A stretch of DNA of 64,000 nucleotides. Origin: Somniosus microcephalus. Taxonomy: Eukaryota. Under the pieces are notes generated by a model that worked only from the letters and a program-made list of their open reading frames with translations, ran no database searches and was not told the DNA's origin. The DNA is taken from positions 24,490,001 through 24,554,000 of the forward strand of contig CM126214.1 of NCBI GenBank assembly GCA_052327205.1, read 5' to 3'. The translations under genes and the position numbers were made by a program. How positions within the stretch are numbered: the stretch's first letter is position 1; each line of letters opens with the position of its first letter. Shown piece by piece: positions 38,396 to 49,884 of this stretch.

Positions 38396-41300
38396 TCAAC
38401 CAAACGGTCAAGCATGCACAATTTACAAATGGAATCAGCTCCATAATGTGAATAAGGGCAGAATCCACTACCCCAACAGCATCAATGGAGGAGTTCTATA
38501 ATTAAGGCGACAATGCTAATTTAGTGATTTGTTCAGTGCTTAAGGTTGAGCTCATTTACCCCGCCTCACTAGATTTGCAATTCACAAGTAGCATTATTGA
38601 AAAATACCGTGAAACATCATTTAGTAAACTCAAAAGCCTTTTTCTTTAAAGTGCAAAGTAAAATTTTAAACTCCCAATAAGTTTCGATACACAGAATACT
38701 CAACATCAATTTTGAAAAATAATTTAGTCTACATAGAAATTATTTGAGTGGAAACTCGCCCACCCCAAGAAAGCAGCCATTAAATGATTTTGGAAAGATA
38801 TCAGGCTATTGGTAAATGTTTAATACACGGATATTTAGGGTGTCCAAGTTTTCAACACCATCAATAACCAGAAACTATTCTGTGTAATAATCACTAGCAA
38901 GAAGCTTTGTCATTTGGAGTTTTCCTGTATATAAAGTCAGATACTTCTCTCCCCTGGTGGCTCTGTATTGAATGGTACTGCCAATAGAGACCAAGGTCGA
39001 CCCTGGTTTGATCATTTGTCTGTGTAGCAAGAGAGGCACTACACTACACTTCAGTGTCTTAAGGGAAATAAAATCATCCAGGATACTTGTTTCTGACTGC
39101 CATCCAGTTAATCCTGTTGGAAAGCCTTCATGTGGGCAATATTTGGCTCAGCTTCAGGTGTGATGCCTGCCATGGTACAAGAGTACTGTTGGCACCGATG
39201 GAATTGTACTCCAATAAGATTCACCACCATCACGATAGGAGAAAAACAAAACCAGGCCACTTTCTTCTCCCTCCCACCCACCCCCCCAAAACCTCCAGCA
39301 CAGAATCTGCCAGACAGCAGGAGAGATTGTCCATTAAACTTGTATTTGCATCTAATGCTGTCAGCAAGCACAAAAACATTCACTTGAAACTGTGCTTGAA
39401 TATTAAAGGCTCGATGTGAAATACAAATTTGCTCAGAATCAACGTTTTCTTCAAGAGCCAGTTATAATTTTGCAGTGAAAGTTTCTAGGTACAAATAGAA
39501 ACTCTAGATATTTCTAAATTATAGTTGTTGCAAGCCCATTTAAGCTTCAAAGCTTTGGACATATTATATATCAAAGCTCTGGTTGTCTGGTACACAGGGA
39601 GGGGGGGGGGGGGAAACAAAATTCTTGGAGGGCCACATAACTATGGTCAGTAATATAGCATCCCAATCTGATATATATGTACATCACCACATTACATTAG
39701 CTCCATTAGAAATTTACCATTTAAGGCTAGTTTCCAAGCCAATGTTCTTTGTGCTGTGCAATCCCTGCACTAAGAAAATGCTCAAATTTACTTGAAAGTT
39801 TTACCTTAAAAAAAAAGCCAATACAGAGGGACCAAAATACACGTTGCTGATTTGCAGAAGAGGCTGTCTATAATTATCCATATTTAAGTGGTTAGGAGTG
39901 TGAAAGAAGAAACTGATGAATTTGCAGCGAAAAAAAGCTCAAGACATCATCTTCGGTCCCAATGACAGTGAGCTCTTGCAAGGTAAATCAGCTCTGTGAC
40001 CTAAAAGGAACTGTCACTTGAAACCAAAGTGCCACTGTGCCCATCACCAACCAGGCTAGGATTCCTCAACACTGCAATGACACTGTGGTTTTATAACTAG
40101 GGTTTCACTAAAGAGCAATAGGTCACATGTAAAATGTTCATATTATAAGCAGTATACTGTATACTATACTGTAAAAAGTACACATCAGTACAATCAGATC
40201 CTGCTCATACAAATGTGGATTGGTTCAGGGAGCAGTTTCAGCTGAAGTGAAGCACTGATGTGATGCTGAAGTGAAGCAATTACTTCAAAACTACCAAAAG
40301 TATTATCGCTTACTGGCTTGAGTTCAGGCTTTTGAACAGCATTTACTGGTATTAATACATGAGAAACAATTCTGATGACAACAGTGCGACTGGGTCTTCA
40401 AGGGCTCAAGACAGTTCACAAAAATCTCACAAGTGTGTGTGTTTAATCGAGTGTGGCTTCCACAATTCTCAGCAGTGCAATGACTACATCACACAGATGC
40501 AAGACTGGAGAACCACCCGATTTCATTTTCCCTTGTGAGGATCCATTAAAGCATTAGGACAGCAATTATAGTCTGAAATTAAATACTTTGTGAAGTGTGC
40601 TACAGAATACAAAACATTGTTGGGTGCATATTTGAACTAATGACTTAATTAACCTTTATTCCAGAACTATCTGGTGAAGTAAATATCAGGATTGACATTT
40701 AGGATTGACATTTAAGAGCTGTATTTATTTATTTTCAGAGGGAGGGGAGGGGGAAGAGAAGGTGTGTTCTAAACCATAAGTATTATACAAATTTAAGTGT
40801 CAGTACGAGAGATAATCCTTTCAGACTCCATCAACAAAATCCTCAATGTTAGACCTTGAAGTTAGTAACTACGCATAAATAAGTTCATGGAACCTAAACT
40901 CAACAGACACTTTAATGTCAAAGACAGTTCAATTCAATAGCCATTCATTGCAACATATACAATCACTTAGTAATGCTGAAAACATAAAAGGTCAGAAAAG
41001 TACTTGAGTAAGAAGCCACAATTATAGCCACACGAGTGAAGTTTTAAACCCTAAATCCCATCACTGAAATTATGTTACAAACTAATCTGCAAAGCACCAA
41101 AGTTCTCTTTCACCCCTACCTATAATCAATTGTCTGCTGGCTTCACAATTAAACAATTACCACAATGGTTCAAAAGAAAAACAGACAGCAATAATCTGTT
41201 TCAGCTTTCTACTTCACCAACACACTTTAACAATCTCTACATTTTATGACGCCCTGAGTCTCTGTTTAAGAAAATAAATCGAAATAACCTCAATAATAAT

Positions 41301-41429
41301 ATTGTCGAACTGTTGCCGACCAAACAATAGAGGCAATACAACTTTAAACTCTAGTAGGGAACAAAGAACAAGGAAACACCATTAATGGGGAATGTCCAGA
41401 AAATGTCGTTCAGCCCCAAGCACCAGCAG

Positions 41430-42125
41430 TGCTATACCTGACGGCGCGGACAGCCAATCAAGCGCTGCGCAGGCGACGGATGCCATCCAAACCTCCAATC
41501 AGCAGAGGAGAGGTGGGCGGGACTTCCCAGCCCTCAGATTGAGCCAGCACGAACTGGTCTGGGCTAATCCCATTGAGCATCAACTTCCAGCCCGGGGGGG
41601 GGGGGGGGCAGCTGCCAACTCCAACCCAAGGCTTCCCGGCCTAACAGGGAAAGCGCCACCGCATCCCGACCGGCCGCGCTTCATCTTCCAGCGCCTAATA
41701 TCGCACCGAGGGCCTTTCTCCTCCCCCCCCCCTTTTTATTTTCCGCCAAGTAACGTTAGCGACCTGACGTGTTCAGCAGTCATGGCGACGGGCCGCTCAG
41801 CGGGAATGAACCAACAATATTTTATTTCCCCCCCTACTACTACCACCGCCACTCAATAACTCAACCAGCCCGCTCCTTCAGCCTCAACCCCGCTCGGGTA
41901 GTGTGACGAAGCCGCGGTTTACCTGAATGCGAGGCCCAGTGACACGGCACTTCTCTCTCTCCCTCGGCCGCTGACACTGATTGTTCTGTGCGGCCGGCGC
42001 CGCCTCCCCTCCCCCACCTTCCCACAAAGGGCATCGGCGTCACGCTGACGTCATGCCCCTGTGCCGTCACACGCACCGGCATTGTGACGGCGGCCGTGCG
42101 GATGACGTCATTTTCCGTCCCTCTA
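41430..42125 (-). promoter_or_regulatory. CpG-island promoter of the ZFAND gene
   Basis: CpG-rich unique sequence. Full CRE palindromes TGACGTCA at 42046-42053 and 42103-42110, CRE half sites, CCAAT boxes near 41454 and 41495, GC box near 41515. Confidence 0.8.
41923..42000 (-). other. Probable non-coding exon 1 of the ZFAND gene (5' end approximate)
   Basis: Donor CAG|GTAAAC at 41923/41922 inside the only non-TE CpG island upstream of the coding exons. Confidence 0.65.
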
Positions 42126-42287
42126 AACAAGGGTGAGACAATCTTCAGTTTGAAGGATGTACTGCAGGCAGAGTCTGAGGGAAAGCACGCTGGATTTCAT
42201 GCATGTTGGATTTTATTCATTTTTGTCATTCCCTTTTATGTAGCAGTTTTTAAAACAAATTTCATGTCTGGGGGAAACCTTAAGCAT

Positions 42288-44370
42288 AGAAAATTACAAC
42301 AGAAAATGCTGGAAAAACTCAGCAGGCCAGGCAACATCCGTGGAGAGAAAATAGAGTCATGGCTGATCATCCAAACTCAGTACCCTGTCCCTGCCTTTTC
42401 CCCATATCCCTTGATCCCTTTAGCCTTAAGAAATATATCTAATTCCTTCTTGAATATATTTAATGAATTGACCCCAACTGCCTTCTGTGGTAGAGAATTC
42501 CACAGGTTCACCACTCTCTGATCATCTTCCAACATTCGATGGAATCTGGAACAGTACCCATTGATTGGAGGGTAGCTAATGTTACCCCACTATTCAAAAA
42601 AGGTGGTAGAGAGAAAACGGGGAATTACAGACCGGTAAGCCTGACATCGGTAGTGGGGAAAATGCTAAGAGTCCATTATAAAAGATGTAATAGCAGAGCA
42701 CTTGGAAAACAGTGACAGGATCGGACAAAGTCAACATGGATTTACAAAAGATAAATCGTGCTTGACTACTGGAATATTTTGAGGATGTAACTGGTAAAAT
42801 AGATAAGGGAGAACCAGTGGATGTGGTGCATTTGGACTTTCAGAAGGCTCTTGATAAGGTCCTGCATAAGAGATTAGTGTGTAAAGTTAAGGCACATGGG
42901 ATTGGGGGCAAGGTATTGACTTGGATAGAGAACTGGTTGGCAGACAGAAAGCAAAGAGTTGGAATAAACGGGTCTTTTTCCGAGTGGCAGGCAGTGACTA
43001 GTGGGGTACCGCAGGGATCAGTCCTTGGACCCCAGCTATTCACAATATATATAAATGATCTAGACGAGGGAACTAGATGTAATACCTCCAGGTTTGCAGA
43101 CGACACAAAGCTGGGTGGGCGTGTGTGCTGTGAGGAGGATGCCGAGAAACTCCAGGATGATTTGGACAGGTTGGCTGATTGGGCAGAAGCATGGCAGATG
43201 CAATATAACATGGATAAATGTGAGGTTATCCACTTTGGTGGCAAAAACAGGAAGGCAGATTATTATCTGAACGGCAATAGATTGGGAGAAGGGGAAATGC
43301 AACGAGACCTGGGTGTCCTTGTGCACCAGTCGCTGAAGGTAAGCATGCAGGTGCAGCAGGCAGTTAAGAAGGCAAATGGTATGTTGGCCTTCGTAGCAAG
43401 AGGGTTTGAGTACAGGAACAAGGATGTCTTGCTGCATTTGTACAGGGCCTTGGTGAGACCACATCTTGAGTATTGTGTTCAGTTTTGGTCGCCTTATCTG
43501 AGGAAGGATGTTCTTGCCATGGAAGGAGTTCAGCGAAGATTCACCAGGCTGATACCTGGGATGGCAGGAATGACGTATGAGGAGAGATTGGGTCGATTGG
43601 GCTTATACTTGCTGGAATTTAGAAGAATGAGAGGGGATCTCATTGAAACTTATAAAACTCTGACAGGACTGGACAGACTAGATGCAGGAAGGATGTTCCC
43701 GATGGTCGGGGAGTCCAGAACCAGGGGTCACAGTCTAAGGATAAGGGGTAAGCCATTTAGGACAGAAATGAGGAGGAATTTCTTCACCCAGAGAGTGGTG
43801 AACCTGTGGAATTCTCTACCACAGAAGGCAGTAGAGGCCAATTCATTAAATATATTCAAGAAAGAGTTGGATATATTTCTTAAGGCTAAAGGGATCAAGG
43901 GGTAAGGGGAGAAGGCAGGGACAGGGTACTGAATTTGGATGATCAGCCATGATCGCATTGAATGGCGGAGCAGGCTCGAGGGGCCAAATGGCCTACTCCT
44001 GCTCCTATCTTCTATGTTTCTATGTTTCTCTGGGTGAAGAAATTCCTCCCCATCTCTGTCCTAAATGGCTTACTCCTTATCCTTCGACTGTGACCCCTGG
44101 TTCTGGACTCCCCCGCCATCGGGAACATCCTTCCTGCATCTAGTCTGTCTAATCCTGTTAGAATTTTATAAGTTTGAATGAGATCCTTTCTCATTCTTCT
44201 AAACTCCAGCGAGTATAAGCCCAATCGACCCAATCTCTCCTCATACATCATTCCTGCCATCCCAGGTATCAGTCTGGTGAATCTTCGCTGCACTCCCTCC
44301 ATGGCAAGAACATCCTTCCTCAGATAAGGGGAACATCCTTCCTCAGATAAGGAGAACATCCTTCCTCAGA
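42288..44370 (-). mobile_element. Outer CR1 copy plus a Penelope-tail fragment, flanked by TSD TAAGCAT
   Basis: TSD at 42281-42287 and 44371-44377; the empty site is seen near 58594-58605. Confidence 0.8.
42521..44026 (+). mobile_element. Young CR1 LINE with an open 362-aa RT ORF, inserted into an oppositely oriented CR1
   Basis: ORF 42817-43905; TSD TCTCTG at 42515-42520 and 44027-44032. Confidence 0.92.
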
Positions 44371-46379
44371 TAAGCATGTTGCTTGTTCCCTATCCTGGGT
44401 ACATGTGTACGCTTGGAATATTCAGTCATCCCATGCGGCACTCATTCATCCTGTTTCTGTATCCTTCATACATGGTATGGAGGATAGCTAATTAGGTTGG
44501 TTGTAACAATGCAATTTCATCTTTCATATGTAGCATCATCATCCATTCAGACATATTCCACTCAGAATAACAACTTGTATTTTATATAGCACCTTTAACG
44601 TAGTAAATCGTCCCAAGGCGCTTCACAGGTGTGTTATAAGAAAAAAAATATGACACCGAGAGAAATTGGGGCAGATGACCAAAAGCTTGGTCTAAGAGGT
44701 AGGCTTTAAGGAGCGTCTTAAAGGAGGAAAGAGAGGTAGAGAGGCGGAGAGGTTTAAGGAGGGAATTCCAGAGCTTAGGTACCAGGCAACAGAAGGCACG
44801 GCCACCAAAGGTTGAGTGGTTATAGTCAGGGATGCTCAAGAGTGCAGAATCAGATGTCTCGGTTGGGTGGGGGGTGGGGGGTTGGGGGGGGGGCGTGTTT
44901 GTGGGGCTGGAGGAGATTACAGAAGAGAACTGCTGGCAAATCCTTTCCACCTCCAAACAGGAAAACTCTCAAAGCTCTGCTGGAACAACGAACAGGCACT
45001 GCCACAGCAAAACTATACATTAGGGCCGCTAGCTGGAATGTATTGCCAGCAGCACTCACAATTCACAAAAACTATCAGCTACATTCCGGCATGTGTATTA
45101 TACTTTGTAAACAGTATAAATGCAATGTACATCAATGTGTTGTAACCCCAAGAACAATTGCAATATAATTATTTTAATAAAGCAAGAGACAAATGCTAGC
45201 TGAAACAATGTACTATGCCAGGGAAATCCAGCTTAGGTTACCCTATCCCTCTTCAGTGCCCTTAATGATGTCTGCTCCCTCGCAAACAAGGACAATCCTA
45301 TCACTACCTCATCCCGGAGGAGTGCATCAACAGCCTGGGCCTGACTGGAACCTTGATTATTGATGCCGCCTCCATCGGCCTCACCGAGGCCACCTTGGAT
45401 TCATGCTCCATATCCCCAAACTAATTGCTGCAAAGGCAGTATAGGACTCCCCTCCAGATCCCACCTATGGAGATGTGTGAGGTAGGAACAGGCATAAGCC
45501 AGCCATTCAGTCCCTCAAGCCTGTTCCACCATTCAGTTAGATCATGGCTGATCTGTATCTTAACTCTATCTACCCACCTTGGTACTGTAACCAATGTATT
45601 TTGGAAGTGAAAATAAGCAATGGGAGCATTCACTGAATGGGAAAACGCTGAAGGATGTGAATAACAGAGGAGTAATAAAGGTTCAAATAATTCCCTGAAA
45701 GTGCAATTGCAGGTCGATAAAAATGGCCAATAGCATCTTGGTTTTTATAAATATAGGCATAAAGTAAGCCAGAAGGAGGATACAAAGAGCCTGCAAAGGG
45801 AGGCAGACAGGTTAAGTGAGTGGGCAATAAGGTGCAGATGGAGTATAATGTGAGGAAATGTGAGGTTATTCGCTTTGGTAGGAAGAATAGAAAAACAGAA
45901 TGGGGGAGAAATTCAGTTGTTAGCGCCACCCATTAGCGCCTTAAGAGGGCGATAAGTGGGGCGTGATGCGGCTAGCGCCCGGGCGCGGCGAGACCTGCGC
46001 CTCTCGCGAAATTAAGTGGACATTTAGTGGCGGCGCAAAACCTCGACGCCCGCTCAGCTGCGCGCGCAGATCCTGACGTCATTTCATGGTGCAACGCCCT
46101 TGGGGGCGCCCCGAACCGGAACTTCAGTGGCGCCCCCCCTCCTTTCCGCCAGGCGCTCCCAGCGACTGGTTGACTGGAACGGTTCCCAGTCGCTGTGGGG
46201 CTGGGGGGAGGCGCTATTTAAAGGGGGCTCTTCCTGGCTTCTTTGTGGTAGCCATTTTTGGACCACTCCTTCTGTGAGAGAGAGAGAGATTTGCAGAGAG
46301 ACAAAGGGAGAGAGCTTTCTGCATTGAGTCAGCGCCCGCAGAGGTACTTCTGGCTTCGGCCCAGAACTTTGTAGTTGGT

Positions 46380-47532
46380 TTGCTTTTTCACTGGCATAAC
46401 CTTGAGTGGCCACATACTATGGGGGCTGCAATGGGTGGAAACGTTGGGTTTCTCCATTGCATTGAGAGGGCTCAAGGATGCCGAGAGAGAGTGCCAATCA
46501 TGGCCAGACGGAGGAGGGCCAACAGGCGTCGGCACAGGAGACCTTACCCTCCCAGGGTATTCCGCCAACAGTTCTCATACCTCAACGTGTCTGAGGAGCA
46601 GTGTTTTCGGAGGCTTCGATTCAGCAAGGAGGTGGTCACTGAGCTCTGCCACCTGCTTCAGCCAGATCTGCAGCCTCAACTGAGGAGCAGGACGTCTCTG
46701 CCGGTGGCAGTGAAGGTGACAGTGGCTCTCAACATCTATGCCAGCGGCTCCTTCCAATCCGTTACTGGGGACATTGCCAATGTCTCCCAGTTCGCGGTGC
46801 ATTGCTGCATCTGCCAAGTCACGAATGCCCTCTTTAAAAGGAGACGTCAGTACATTTCCTTCCCCATGACCCTGGACAAGCAGCAAGAGCGCGCAATGGG
46901 ATTTGCAAGAATAGCGGGCTTCCCCATTGTCCAGGGCGCCATTGACTGCACGCATGTGGCTTTGCGGGCGCCGCAAGAGAATGCCGAGGATTACCGCAAC
47001 CGGAAGGGGTTCCATTCGTTGAACGTCCAGTTGGTGTGTGACCACAGGCAGCTGATACTAGCTGTCAATGCCCGCTTTCCAGGCAGCAGCCACGACGCCT
47101 TCATCCTGCGCCAGACTTCTGTGGCAGACCTTTTCGAAGCCCCGGCTCACCCAGGAGGCTGGCTTCTCGGGGACAAGGGCTATCCTCTGTGCACCTGGCT
47201 GATGGCCCCGCTCCGTGCGCTCAGCACCCCTGCTGAAGAACGATACAATGAGAGCCATCAAACGACCAGGAACATCATTGAGCACACAATCGGTGTGCTA
47301 AAGCAACGGTTCCACTGTCTGGACCATTCCGGAGGAGCCCTTCAGTACTCACCTGAGCGAGTCTCCCATTTCGTTGTAGTGTGCTGCATGCTGCATAACC
47401 TGGCAATCCTCAGGACTCAGCCACTGCCACCAGAGAGCACCAGCAGAGGAGGAGGAGGAGGAGCACCAGGATGGTAGGAAGGCACAAAGTGCAAGGGCCG
47501 TCTGTCAGCAGCTTATTGCAAGTCGGTTCTAG
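46380..47532 (+). CDS. Harbinger DDE transposase (HARBI1-like) with one frameshift near the C-terminus
   Basis: Motifs GAIDCTH, NRKGFHSLNVQ, PGSSHDAFIL, LLGDKGY, IEHTIGVLKQRF, CCMLHN. The typical tail EEEEE...SARAVCQQLIASRF* continues in a shifted frame to 47532. Likely ATG near 46419. Confidence 0.92.
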
Positions 47533-47839
47533 GCCCCCTCTGAGGGAATGGCTTGTGCCATTGAAAGAACATGAATGGAACCATTCCGCAACCCCTGAGC
47601 CGGTCAAGGCAACAAATAGTTCAAAGAGCAAACATGTACATTCTGAATAAAGACACTCCTTTATTTAACAAACTGTGTGCCCTTCCCACATGACAAAGTA
47701 ATAGAGAGATACCCCCAAAAAAGCAGTCAGACACATAACTGGCTCTCACAACCTGGAGACAATGAACAAAAGAGTAAACAAAAAATGACCACGACCCTCG
47801 GCCTTCACTAAAAAAATTAATTGCATTTTGCCACACCTC

Positions 47840-49884
47840 CTACTTTTTGCCCTTCGAGGGTGATCTGCTTCGCTTGCGAGATTGGCCCCTTCCCACCCTG
47901 CAGCTCCTCCGCAATGGGACCCCAGTGGCTGCAGCAAGGCTGGGGGAAGGCTGCTGAGTGTCAGAAACTGAGTCGGCAGATGCCCTTGAGGTACGGCCTG
48001 GACCAGCTCTGGGCCTGGAGGGCCCGGCTGCTGACTGCTCCAATTCTGCATGGGCGGCAGCAGTCTGTCCTACAGGTGGTGGCAGCTGCAGTGGAGAAGT
48101 GACAGTGTTGGCAGCAGGAATGCTGCCATCCTGACAGAGGACAGCCACTCCCTGGTCGGACAACACACTGGCACTCCCACGGGGCAGCACTGCAGCATGC
48201 GGAGCAATCTGCTGAAGCACAGACTGCTGGCCTGCTGCGGCGCGGCGAGGGCCCCGGCGATTCGTGCCCGATCCAGCGAGGGTGGCAGCAGTCACTGCTC
48301 GTGTGGCCTCAATCTGCATCTGCATCAGACCAGCCACTGATTGCATTGCACCACTAAGCACTTGCGTGGAAGCCGCCTGTGCTGCACCGAAGTCCTGCAG
48401 ACTCCTTGCCTGTGCTGCACCGAAGTCCTGCAGACTCCTTGCCTGTGCTGCACCGAAGTCCTGCAGACTCCTTGCCAGTGCTGCGCCGAAGTCCTGGACA
48501 CTCCTTGCCAGTGACTCAATGGATTCGGGCATCCTTGCCACTGCAGCCATGAGCTCAGTGTGCCTGTGCTCCGCCTGGGCGCCCATTTCAGCGAGGAGCT
48601 GCACCTCTTCTGCGCTCATTGTAGCAGGACTGGAGGCCAGACTCTCCCTCCGGGGAGAAGGCCGTCGAGCTTCCCTACCCACCCCCCCCGCGTTGCTGCA
48701 GCCCGCTGGGTCCCGGAGCTTCACCCTCCTCAGACCCTTCCCCCCTGCTCCCCTCCAGGGAAGACGTGTCCCCATTATGGCCATGGGCTGCCTCGGCTGA
48801 GGGTGGCACTGATGGTCCAGCTTCCTCTTCCTCCTTGCCTTCAGAATCACTCACAGTGGCAGCTTGAGGGCCCGCCTCCTCACCTGGTGAATCAGCATCT
48901 GAAAGCAGGGAGGTACAAGAGTTGCTTTAGCGTGAGGACAGGGCGGCAGCGAGGGAGGCATGAGTGCTGCAATGTACTGTATTGGTTCGATAGTGGCAAA
49001 GGATGATGGTGTGAGGCACAAGTGGAAGGAGAGAGGTCAAAAAGGTGATGACCTTACCATTGCTGTCCAGAACGGGGTCGGCATCTCCAGTGGCGACGGG
49101 GCCAATCATCCGGCCTGCCATAATCTGCTGGACTCGCTGCTCCAGGTCGCTGAGGTCTTGAAGGTGAGGCCGGCCTCCCCCAGTGTGAAGCCCTGATCTT
49201 GGCTGCACTGCCTCCCATGGTCGATTAGCCCTTACAGTGTGAAGCCCTGATCTTGGCTGCACTGCCTCCCATGGTCGATTAGCCCTTACAGTGTGAAGCC
49301 CTGATCTTGGCTGCACTGCCTCCCATGGTCGATTAGCCCTTACAGTGTGAAGCCCTGATCTTGGCTGCACTGCCTTCCATGGTGGAATAGCCCTTACAGT
49401 GTGAAGCCCTGATCTTGGCTGCACTGCCTTCCATGGTGGAATAGCCCTTACAGTGTGAAGCCCTGATCTTGGCTGCACAGCCTCCCATGGTCGATTAGCC
49501 CTTACAGTGTGTAAAGTGCTGAATGTGCGTGTGAGTTTCATGAAAGGCCCATAGATGTTGGATGAGGGCTGGGCATTGGGGCTTTCAGGACCCTTTGGCC
49601 ATAAAGTGAGGTGGACATGCAGGGATGAAGAGGATACTGACGACCCGAGTGAGGTCGTTGAACTTCTTCCTGCATTGCACAGGGGTCTTAGGCACCATGC
49701 TGCTGGAGGCCACTCTGTGAGCCACCTCCCTCCAAGCTTTGCGATAGTCGTTGGGCAGCGGCCTCCTGCCACTGTCCGGAAACAGGATAGATCGCCTGCG
49801 CTCCACTGCGCCAACCAGAACCTGCAGGGCCCCCTCATTGAACCGCTGCGCTCGCTCCCTGGCCCTCTCCATGGTCCTAGGCAT
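47840..49884 (-). CDS. Harbinger Myb/SANT-like (trihelix) accessory protein; spliced and disrupted
   Basis: Exon A: MERARERAQRFNEGALQVLV...W.EVA..V.......KTPVQCRKKFNDL. Exon B: TGGG...LSDLEQ...VATGDA with donor at 49058/49057. Exon C: from the acceptor at 48898, acidic then coiled-coil-like, with a frameshift at the C8 run 48682-48689. Confidence 0.82.
48375..48513. repeat. 33-bp coding tandem repeat, about 4 copies (QARSLQDFGAA)
   Basis: Unit GCCTGTGCTGCACCGAAGTCCTGCAGACTCCTT. Confidence 0.9.
49181..49511. repeat. 54-bp minisatellite, 6 full copies, inside the Harbinger element
   Basis: Unit CAGTGTGAAGCCCTGATCTTGGCTGCACTGCCTCCCATGGTCGATTAGCCCTTA starting at 49181, 49235, 49289, 49343, 49397 and 49451. 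Confidence 0.95.

Larger units (their letters stand above)
42205..44724 (+). repeat. Dispersed duplication, copy A (copy B at 58509-59313)
   Basis: About 440 bp of shared sequence including the same L2-tail junction; each copy has its own later insertions. Confidence 0.85.

Noticed and set aside
40241-40712. Short direct repeats (GCTGAAGTGAAGCA twice; AGGATTGACATTT twice) and a possible C/D snoRNA
   Set aside because: Simple slippage-type duplications; no convincing box C/D pair with a terminal stem.
41392-42521. 155-aa and 177-aa plus-strand ORFs
   Set aside because: Low-complexity CpG-island frames running into repeats, with no recognisable domain.
46380-47477. Domesticated host gene HARBI1
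   Set aside because: The ORF lies within TIRs and a TSD, has a partner Myb gene and interrupts a CR1, so it is a transposon copy.
49181-49511. CRISPR-like array
   Set aside because: Head-to-tail repeats with no unique spacers, eukaryotic context, no cas genes.
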